NCBI GenBank assembly: GCA_001787405.1
Contig: MFWV01000011.1
Location: 48,857 to 112,856, forward strand
Direction of reading: 5' to 3'
Source of the DNA: Candidatus Pacebacteria bacterium RIFOXYA1_FULL_38_18
GTDB lineage: Bacteria > Patescibacteriota > Microgenomatia > UBA1400 > PJMF01
DNA: 64,000 nucleotides
Under the pieces are notes generated by a model that had not been told where the DNA came from, made no database searches, and saw nothing but the letters and a program-made list of their open reading frames with translations. The first letter of the stretch is position 1, and every line of letters begins with the position of its first letter. Position numbers and translations under genes: made by a program. Shown here one piece after another: positions 56,708 through 64,000 of this stretch.

Positions 56708-58079
56708 ATAAATTGCCTGGGTGAGTAATGTTTGTCTCGATCAATGGACTCGAAATTCTGTTTTTTGTCAATGTAAGTGAAAAATATCTGGCAAAAAACA
56801 AAGCTTGTAAAACACAAAACATTAAATATTTATGAGGTCTAAATATCAAGTAAGAAATAGTAGAGGCAGTGCTTCTAATCGATAATTTATATTGATTGGT
56901 CATTTTTACAACTAGCTGATTGAGTAAATTAAAAGTATGAATGTGCTGTTCTGAATCAACGTAAGTCGGTGAAAGAGTCAATGATTCAAGTCGCTTAAAC
57001 TGATTATTTAACTCTAGATCAATTTCATTTAATCGAATTTGCCCAAATAAAAGTTTTATCAGAAAAATAAAAAGAGAGAAAAAATTTCCTTGATGATTTA
57101 CTAATGATGGAATTAAATAAGATTTTGTTATTGGTTTACCTCTAGTTAAATTAAAATGAAGACCAATTTTAATTTGTTTTTTGAAATGAAGTAATTTTTG
57201 AGCTTCTGATTTAGAAATTAAGTTGGCCAATACGGAAACGCCGTCCAAGTTTTTGGCTTCGATTTGATTTAATATCGCTTGATCAACAAGCGGAGATAAA
57301 CCGTAGTCATCAGCGATTATTAATTTATTTTTTTGATATATATTTTTTCGGTCAAAAGTATTTATCAAATAAAAACTCGCTAATCGATAAAGATCAATCA
57401 AAAGAGCTCTCATTCTTTTCCAAGAAGTGTAGCGACTGGGTCTGAGTTCAGTAACTTTAATAGGAATTTCCTTAATAGTTTGCTGTTGCTGGTGGAGTTT
57501 TAATAATAACTCAGTATCTAAAATTTCATGTTTAGTGGCACAGTTTCTTAGAGTATTAATCAAGATTGGAGTAAGGCGAAAAGCCTTCAATCCATGAGTG
57601 TCTGTACCTGGATAAGCAAATAAAATTTTCAATAATTGATGAAATAATTTGGTTTGTGCGCGTCGCAATAAATTTCTTTGATCATAATTTTTAATTAGGG
57701 TTTTTGAACCAATTATTATTTTGTGTTTTTTAAGTAATTTCTGGGTTTGAGAAATAAAATCATGATCAAATAAATCGACATTGAGAATATAAACAAATTG
57801 ACCTAAAGAGCTTAAGATTCCATGTTTGAGTGCTTGTCCATAAGAAGCCTTGTTGACACGCAAGGCTCGTAAGCTCGAATATTTTTTAGTTAATTGTTTA
57901 ATAATTGACCAAGATTGATCACTACTACCATTTTCTACCAGTAGAACCTCGAATTTAGTAATGCGCTCTTTATTTAATAATTGATAAAAAAGTTTTATCT
58001 GTGAAGAAAGATGAAGAGCCTCATTGTGAACTGGGAAGATAAAACTGTGTTTTTTAGGGTGAATGATTTTTTTTGTCAT
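56700..58079 (-). CDS. GT2 (polyprenol-phosphate glycosyltransferase-like) fused to a YdjC/ChbG-family deacetylase
   Basis: N-half IFPVHNEA, VENGSSDQS, YGQAL, DTHGLKAF; C-half IADDYGL, IGLHFNLT.GKP, DSEQHIH, THPG. Confidence 0.82.
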   Translation of the reverse strand: MTKKIIHPKKHSFIFPVHNEALHLSSQIKLFYQLLNKERITKFEVLLVENGSSDQSWSIIKQLTKKYSSLRALRVNKASYGQALKHGILSSLGQFVYILNVDLFDHDFISQTQKLLKKHKIIIGSKTLIKNYDQRNLLRRAQTKLFHQLLKILFAYPGTDTHGLKAFRLTPILINTLRNCATKHEILDTELLLKLHQQQQTIKEIPIKVTELRPSRYTSWKRMRALLIDLYRLASFYLINTFDRKNIYQKNKLIIADDYGLSPLVDQAILNQIEAKNLDGVSVLANLISKSEAQKLLHFKKQIKIGLHFNLTRGKPITKSYLIPSLVNHQGNFFSLFIFLIKLLFGQIRLNEIDLELNNQFKRLESLTLSPTYVDSEQHIHTFNLLNQLVVKMTNQYKLSIRSTASTISYLIFRPHKYLMFCVLQALFFARYFSLTLTKNRISSPLIETNITHPGNLYD

Positions 58080-59290
58080 TAATAAATCTGATGGTTTTTT
58101 TTAAGAACACTATCATATTTTTTCATAAACTTATCATTTTGATCAGTATTGTGATTTTTCTTTATATACTGATTATTATCGTTTACCATTTTTTGAGCTT
58201 TTTGGGGAGAAGAAAGAATTCTTATAATTGCTTCAATGAATTGTTTTGTTGAATTTGCTTCTAAATAATGTTTATTTTTTATCAATTTTAAACCTTCTAC
58301 TCCAAGTGATGTAGAAACAATTGGTAGGCCGGCGGCCAAACTGGTAAGTGCTTTCAATCGCACTCCACCACCCATTTTGAAAGGCAAGACAAAAACATCT
58401 GCTTGGGCTAAAAATGGTGTTAAATCAGTTTGATAGCCATGCAAAATCACATTTTTTTTGATTGGTAAGGTTTTTTCAAAAGGAGGATATGATCGACCCA
58501 CAATATGAAACTCAACATTGGGAATTTGTTTTTCTATTGTTGGCAGTATTTTTTTGATAAACCACCTCACAGCATCTTCGTTTGGCGGCCAGCCGAGCAT
58601 GCCGATAAATAAAATATAAGGGTTTTTTGAGCGCCGTTTTTTAATTGGTTTTGCCTGGTAAATTAACGGCTGAGCCGCCACATGCTCCACTCCAAATATT
58701 TTTTGCAAGCGCTTTTTTTCAGGTTCAGAAATCGCAAAAATAAAATCAAATTTGGGCAACATTTTTCTTTCATAAAAATAAGTCAGCACCATCTCAATCA
58801 ACAAATATAATTTACGCGTTGGTTTGATGGTGTGTACAAACCTAGTCCAATAAAGATAGGTTTCCACATTATGATGTTCCAGAATCCATTTTTCTTTTTT
58901 TATTTTCGGCAAGTATTGCGCAGTATTGAGATGATCAATATGAATAATGTCTGGTTGGAATTGTTGGATGGTTTTTTTGATAAACCTACCGGCCGGTAAA
59001 TGAGTATATTGAAAAACATAATGAGGAATACCTTGTATAAAATTTTTGAAAAGCCCCCACAGATCACCTTTAACCGAAGCCAAAATTGTAGAACTATAAA
59101 AAATCTTTACCCGGATGCCCGCATCGGTTAAAACCTTTACATCACTTGGCTTTGGTTTTTCTTCAGAAATAAAAACCGCAAACACCTGATATTGCTTAGC
59201 CAGAGCAAGTACGGTATTAAGAGTCTTAATCTTGCCACCAGAATCTGGTGGATAAGGAAAAAGTTGACTAAGATAAAGAATTTTTTTCAT
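58079..59290 (-). CDS. Glycosyltransferase family 4
   Basis: FPYPPDSGGKI, HNVE, PNEDAV.WF, GGGVRLK, GLPIVST..GVEG. Confidence 0.92.
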   Translation of the reverse strand: MKKILYLSQLFPYPPDSGGKIKTLNTVLALAKQYQVFAVFISEEKPKPSDVKVLTDAGIRVKIFYSSTILASVKGDLWGLFKNFIQGIPHYVFQYTHLPAGRFIKKTIQQFQPDIIHIDHLNTAQYLPKIKKEKWILEHHNVETYLYWTRFVHTIKPTRKLYLLIEMVLTYFYERKMLPKFDFIFAISEPEKKRLQKIFGVEHVAAQPLIYQAKPIKKRRSKNPYILFIGMLGWPPNEDAVRWFIKKILPTIEKQIPNVEFHIVGRSYPPFEKTLPIKKNVILHGYQTDLTPFLAQADVFVLPFKMGGGVRLKALTSLAAGLPIVSTSLGVEGLKLIKNKHYLEANSTKQFIEAIIRILSSPQKAQKMVNDNNQYIKKNHNTDQNDKFMKKYDSVLKKNHQIY

Positions 59291-60765
59291 TGTTCAATAT
59301 AAAATTTTTCTATAGTATATTTTTCATCCTCATTATTTTCGTTGATTGTAACTTGATAAAGTGTATTAAAATTTTCAGGTTCAACAACAGTTGGTTGAGA
59401 ATTGCTTATTACCACCAATTCTTTTTGTAGTTTTTCTTCCAAAAAAAGCCAAAGAGCAGAATTGAAGGTACTATCACTATCAGTTAATTCATAAACTTCA
59501 TTAATTAAATTTATAGAAAAGTGCTTGCTGTTATTATTTTTACTTACATCCAAGCTAATTTTTTGAGAAATGTCTTCTAATAAAGCGATTTCTTTTCCAG
59601 GCCAATAAATTAATTTAATTTTAACACTCTGTAAATATAAAAATACCAATAATAATCCCAGAATAATTCCAATATTTTTAAATTCTTTTCCTGATTTACA
59701 GATATAAAAAATTGCCAATGGTATTTGTAGATGAAAAAGTATTAAAAAAGGAAAAAAATATCCTCCATAAAATATATAAAGGAAGCCACTTATTGAAAGA
59801 ATAATTAGAGTCGATGTGTATTTATTAAAACTTTGATAAGAAGCAGATTCTTTGAAAAATGAAAGATAAAAAAACAAGAATATTAGAATCAACGAACCTA
59901 TTAGTAATGATTGATAAATATCACTTAGCCAAAAATCATTGATATTGAATAATGCTTGAGTAGCAATATTAATATTGCTTACTATTTGCTGAGCATTGGT
60001 TGTAATTAATGAAGCTTGACTATAATTTTTGATTAAATAATTTAAGTTAAAACTAAATGATAATCTGAAACTAAAACTGATGACCATAATTGTAAAAATT
60101 ATTAGTCTTTTTTGTTTAGTCTTAAAAGACTTTATCAAAACCCAAATAAACATCAGAATTACTAAAATGAAAGTGGAGTAGTGAAGATGAATTAGTATAT
60201 TACTAACAACGAAAAAAATAGCCAGTTTTAGCGAAGCTTTATTGAGGCTTTTTACAGAGATTAAATTAAAAAAAACAAAAACCAATAAAGGTATAAATAA
60301 TATTAACAAATGCATTTGCCAAACCCATCTAGAAGCTTCAACAAAGATTGGATTAATAGCAGTATAGAATGCCAAATAATAACCAGCAGTTTTATTTTCA
60401 ATTTTTTTCCCCAAAGCATAAGCAACCAAGACAACAAGAGATTGAATAATGGCAAAAAGGATTATCATTCCTTCAATAGATGGTGCTAGAAACCATAAAA
60501 AACCAATAATTAAAAAATAAAGCGGTGAGTTACTTAAAAAACTGTTTGTGGTAGCAGGACGAGCGGAGAAAGGCGCTGAGAAATTTGCCAAGTGTTTAGC
60601 AACTAGCAAATCTCTGCCTGTATCACCCATGATAGAAGTAGTATTTAAAATATTGTAAGTTCTCAAAAAAATCGCCAGAGCCAAAATGACCAATAAAGGA
60701 GTAGCTTTTTTCACCCAAAAAACCAAAGATTGCAAATTAAACGAGGGAGGACTGATTTTGAACAC
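59287..60765 (-). CDS. GT-C (ArnT/PMT-like) membrane glycosyltransferase
   Basis: LAIFLRTY...GDTGRDL, SPLYF, SRWVW, HLHYS; paralogous layout to 54025-55605. Confidence 0.75.
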   Translation of the reverse strand: MFKISPPSFNLQSLVFWVKKATPLLVILALAIFLRTYNILNTTSIMGDTGRDLLVAKHLANFSAPFSARPATTNSFLSNSPLYFLIIGFLWFLAPSIEGMIILFAIIQSLVVLVAYALGKKIENKTAGYYLAFYTAINPIFVEASRWVWQMHLLILFIPLLVFVFFNLISVKSLNKASLKLAIFFVVSNILIHLHYSTFILVILMFIWVLIKSFKTKQKRLIIFTIMVISFSFRLSFSFNLNYLIKNYSQASLITTNAQQIVSNINIATQALFNINDFWLSDIYQSLLIGSLILIFLFFYLSFFKESASYQSFNKYTSTLIILSISGFLYIFYGGYFFPFLILFHLQIPLAIFYICKSGKEFKNIGIILGLLLVFLYLQSVKIKLIYWPGKEIALLEDISQKISLDVSKNNNSKHFSINLINEVYELTDSDSTFNSALWLFLEEKLQKELVVISNSQPTVVEPENFNTLYQVTINENNEDEKYTIEKFYIEQ

Positions 60766-60939
60766 TTATTTATTAAATAGCAGTTTTCGCATTTTTGCAT
60801 CATTAAATTTTTTCAATGAATAAAATATGAAATTTTTTTGAGTGGGTTTTTTAATTGGGTAAGATGAAAAATAATGGCTGCACTACCACGTATTTCACTC
60901 CAAATTTTTCTATAGTATATTTTTCATTCTCATTATTTT
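59302..60939. repeat. 38-bp near-perfect direct repeat pair 1600 bp apart
   Basis: AAATTTTTCTATAGTATATTTTTCAT(C/T)CTCATTATTTT at 59302-59339 and 60902-60939. Confidence 0.9.
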
Positions 60940-60973
60940 TATTTTTTAAAATCATTTATTTTCTATTTACTAA

Positions 60974-61423
60974 TTACTTTTTGTAAGTAATTTTTAATGC
61001 CAGATCAGTTTCAAAATCAGGTATTAACAAATTATTATTTCCCGCTATTACGCTTCCGCTCTCTACTTCCAGACCAGTTTGAGGATCCAACCAAATAAAC
61101 GTACCATCAAAATTGGCTAAATAAACAGAATCGTCAATTATTGTTGCTGGAAAAGGACTGTAATTTTGAGCAGTAAACTCCCAGACTAAATTACCAGTAT
61201 TTTGTTTTAGAGCATAAGTGTTGTTGTTTTGACTGCTAAAAATTATTAAATCATCGTCAAAACTCAAGTTGTCAAAAATCTCAAGCTTGTTATTTGGTCC
61301 GATACTTTCATCACTATAAAATTGCCAATTTACGGCTCTACTATTAATCAATAAAAACAGACAGATAGACAAACTGAAGATGATTATTGGTTTTAAAGTT
61401 TTTTGATTGAGTTTAATTTGCAT
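60974..61423 (-). CDS. Short PQQ/BamB-like beta-propeller fragment, possibly a truncated gene
   Basis: Signal/TM, YALKQNTGNLVWEF, VYLANFDG..IWLDPQTG; only about two blades. Confidence 0.6.
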   Translation of the reverse strand: MQIKLNQKTLKPIIIFSLSICLFLLINSRAVNWQFYSDESIGPNNKLEIFDNLSFDDDLIIFSSQNNNTYALKQNTGNLVWEFTAQNYSPFPATIIDDSVYLANFDGTFIWLDPQTGLEVESGSVIAGNNNLLIPDFETDLALKITYKK

Positions 61424-62198
61424 TGAAAGTCTTTTTTATTTTTTTGAAAAGATTAACGGAAAATTGTTTGCTAATTAAAAAGATAAATAAAAAATTGAAA
61501 ACCAGATAACGCCGGCCCAATCTTCTTGGTTCCTGCAATAATCTAAAAAACCATTCCAGGCCAGCTGACCTCATCCAATGCGGGGCTTGTTTCACTCGAC
61601 CGGTTAAAAAATTAAAAGCCGCTCCCACACCAATTGCGATACCGGTTTTCAAGTTTGGTAAATTGTCGATCATCCATAGTTCTTGTTGTGGGCAACCTAA
61701 CCCTATAAAAATTAATTGTGGTTTAGCAATATTAATTTGTTTAATAATTTGTTGATTTTTTTGTTTGGGCAATGGGCGCACGGGAGTATCAACATGACCA
61801 ACCACCCTGATACCAGGAAATTTTTTTTGCAAAACATTTTTGAGTTTTTTACTTTGCCCCCTTATTCCGCCTAATAAAAAAATTGTTGCTCCAATTTGAC
61901 TAGCTCGTGCACAGATTTTAAGCATCAAATCTGGTCCATAGACTCGTTCAACGTGTTTTTGTCCATCGGCTTTCAGCAACCACACTAGGGGCATCCCATC
62001 CGGAGTGACCAATCCAGCTCGATTTAGTCCAGCCAACAATCGAGGGTCTTTTTGACACTCCATGATTGAATGAACCGCGGCCACACAAACATAATTTTTG
62101 CGTCGGTTTTTAACCCAATCGAAAATTATATTAAGTGCCAGCGGATAGTTAAGTTGTGAGACTTTGACTCCTAAAATATCGGTATTTTTGTTCATCAT
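61413..62198 (-). CDS. WecB/TagA/CpsF family glycosyltransferase
   Basis: PDGMPLVW, ERVYGPDLM, FLLGG, GLGCPQQELW, GVGAAF, GLEWFFRLLQEPRRL..RY. Confidence 0.95.
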   Translation of the reverse strand: MMNKNTDILGVKVSQLNYPLALNIIFDWVKNRRKNYVCVAAVHSIMECQKDPRLLAGLNRAGLVTPDGMPLVWLLKADGQKHVERVYGPDLMLKICARASQIGATIFLLGGIRGQSKKLKNVLQKKFPGIRVVGHVDTPVRPLPKQKNQQIIKQINIAKPQLIFIGLGCPQQELWMIDNLPNLKTGIAIGVGAAFNFLTGRVKQAPHWMRSAGLEWFFRLLQEPRRLGRRYLVFNFLFIFLISKQFSVNLFKKIKKTFNAN

Positions 62199-62204
62199 AT
62201 GTGA

Positions 62205-63392
62205 CTATTCCAGTGATGATTTTTTTGCAAACTGAGCTTGAATAATCTGTAGCAATTGTTGTTGAAATTTTTGCTCACTAAATTTCGCAGCTTGTCTTCG
62301 GCAATTTTGGGCAGACCAAGTATTTTTCTCGAATTCTTTAATAGCTCTTTCCAGAGATTTTATCGAAAACCTATCAAACAACAAGCCTGTTTTTTTGTGA
62401 ACCACTGTTTCCTTGACTCCTCCAGAGGCAAACGCAATCACCGGCACTCCACAGCTCATGGCTTCCACTGGTACTAAACCAAAATCTTCTTCGATGGCAG
62501 TATAAATCAATGCTCGAGCTTGACCATAAAGTTTAATCAGTTGTTGATCGGTGACAAAACCGACAAAACTAATATTCGGACCTGCGATCTTTTGCAGATA
62601 TTTTTTCTCTGCTCCCGTACCAATCACTATCAGTGGCTTGTTAAGTCGATTAAAAGTTTTAATGACTAATTCAGCACCCTTTTGTTTGACTAGTCGGGAA
62701 TGAAATAAATAGTATTGGGGTTGAGCTGCCGATCGTTTTGACAGTTCAGTTGTTTTGGGTAAAATAGCCGGCGGATAAATCACTAGACTTTTTCTGTCAT
62801 AATATTTGGCAATGCGTTTTTGAGTAGTTTGGGAATTGGCAATTAATTGATCGACTCGTTGAGCGGCTTGCCAATCTTTTTTTCTTAAATAAGTGAGCCA
62901 GCCAGAAAATATTTTTTGAAAAAAAGGTTTTTTAACCCAATTCATTTCGTTGAATTCACGATACAGATAGCGGGGGGGAGTATGAAGATAAGCAAGGTGC
63001 AGAGTGGAGAATTTAGTTTTAACCGATTTGGCAGAAAATGAATGTGACGAAGAAATCACCAGATCGTATTGATCGAGTTTGAGCCGTTCCCAATAAGCTA
63101 TCACCAATGGTTTTAAAAAACTAATATATTTTTCTGGCAGTGGTATCTTGTTTAATAAGGAAGTGTGGATGGTGTGTGTCCGACTCAATTTTTTCCAATA
63201 AGGTTTTTTAATGAGGGCAATATAGACCTCAGCTTGAGGAAATAATTTTAAGATGTTTTCTAAAACTCGTTCGGCACCACCGAGGTAAAGGTAGCAATCA
63301 TGCACCACTGCAATCTTGAGTTTATCGAAATCAATGACTGGCAGTTGTTTATTGGGCAACTGGGTCTGTATTGTATTTTTATCTTGCCTCAT
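62205..63392 (-). CDS. Glycosyltransferase family 4
   Basis: VHD....GGAERVL, YLHTPPRY, EEDFGLVPVEAMSCGVPVIA...GG..ETV. Confidence 0.93.
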   Translation of the reverse strand: MRQDKNTIQTQLPNKQLPVIDFDKLKIAVVHDCYLYLGGAERVLENILKLFPQAEVYIALIKKPYWKKLSRTHTIHTSLLNKIPLPEKYISFLKPLVIAYWERLKLDQYDLVISSSHSFSAKSVKTKFSTLHLAYLHTPPRYLYREFNEMNWVKKPFFQKIFSGWLTYLRKKDWQAAQRVDQLIANSQTTQKRIAKYYDRKSLVIYPPAILPKTTELSKRSAAQPQYYLFHSRLVKQKGAELVIKTFNRLNKPLIVIGTGAEKKYLQKIAGPNISFVGFVTDQQLIKLYGQARALIYTAIEEDFGLVPVEAMSCGVPVIAFASGGVKETVVHKKTGLLFDRFSIKSLERAIKEFEKNTWSAQNCRRQAAKFSEQKFQQQLLQIIQAQFAKKSSLE

Positions 63393-63433
63393 AATTGATT
63401 AAATAATTACCGCTTATTTATGATCTTATACGT

Positions 63434-64000
63434 ATGATACCTTCTTTTGTAGCAATTCCATCTATTTTTTCCTTATTTTCAATCTTTTTTTTATTGCTGG
63501 GTGAGTCTTTTTTGCGTTGGTACTTTATGGGATTGTTTGCTTTAGTTTTTTTGATAATTTTCAAAAAACTTAATTTTTCTCTGGTTGCAACTTTATCAAA
63601 ACAGTTTTTATGGTGGGGAATATTTTTATCAATTCTTCTTGTTTCTTTTTTATTTACGCACAACATGCCCCTAAGTTTGGATTCATTGTCATTTTACTTG
63701 TTCGCTTTTTTAACATTTATTTTGTCTCTAGCAATTGATTTTAAAGATTTTAAAAAAGAATATTTAGCTTACTTTATTTTTTTTATTGGTTTTGTTTTTT
63801 CTCTTTTGAGTTTATTTTTCCTTTTTAATCAAAAGCTGGCGGCATCTTTACCAGGGATGAATTTGATTTATGCAACTTATGGTCATAATCACTTGGCTGC
63901 TTTTTTATTATTGATTTTACCTTTGAGTTGGAGAGAAGTATTTATTTCTTTTCAAAATAAAGAACGAGGTCTTTATTTACTAAAGTTGATTGGAACATTG
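63434..64000 (+). CDS. O-antigen-ligase-like membrane protein, 5' part (runs off the window; not in ORF track)
   Basis: Open frame MIPSFVAIP...YATYGHNHLAAFLLLILPL..., highly hydrophobic; TATGAT 9 nt upstream. Confidence 0.65.
   Translation, partial: MIPSFVAIPSIFSLFSIFFLLLGESFLRWYFMGLFALVFLIIFKKLNFSLVATLSKQFLWWGIFLSILLVSFLFTHNMPLSLDSLSFYLFAFLTFILSLAIDFKDFKKEYLAYFIFFIGFVFSLLSLFFLFNQKLAASLPGMNLIYATYGHNHLAAFLLLILPLSWREVFISFQNKERGLYLLKLIGTL

Noticed and set aside
63418-63666. 82-aa minus-strand ORF
   Set aside because: Antisense to the open plus-strand membrane protein starting at 63434
38650-64000. tRNA-anchored genomic island or prophage
   Set aside because: Region looks more AT-rich, but there is no integrase, no duplicated tRNA 3' end, and the tRNA 3' end points away from it

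Overview
Replication-origin region of an AT-rich, standard-code bacterium. Gene content points to Patescibacteria/CPR, most like Microgenomates (inference from TrbC/VirB2-like pilin array, VirD4-like ATPase, DUF4012, mevalonate genes, archaeal-type ATP-dependent ligase). 0.3-35 kb is mostly housekeeping: dnaA-oriC-dnaN-rpmH-rnpA-yidD-yidC-jag-rnhA, rplY, valS, idi-uppS, seven tandem pilin-like genes next to a divergent ECF sigma factor, recF, nnrD, Fic, ligase, pth, GH3, VirD4-like ATPase and mevalonate genes. 35-41.6 kb has a MacAB-type transporter, a tRNA-Ile with the rare UAU anticodon, and three Pro/Thr-rich surface proteins. 41.6-64 kb is a very AT-rich surface-glycosylation locus (GT2/GT4/GT-C, Wzm/Wzt, O-antigen-ligase-like, WecB/TagA). 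Its left end holds the best candidate new system: a RiPP-like cassette with a PqqD/RRE, an unannotated 32-aa YxxP-leader peptide with a good RBS, an HprK-like kinase fused to a ParB/Srx-like domain, an S26 peptidase, a nucleotidyltransferase, two GT2s, a methyltransferase and a decayed PIG-L deacetylase. No lasso cyclase or radical SAM is present in the window. Many genes have a -10 hexamer only 6-9 nt before the start codon, suggesting widespread leaderless and sometimes bidirectional transcription. All functional calls come from manual motif recognition; no searches were run.
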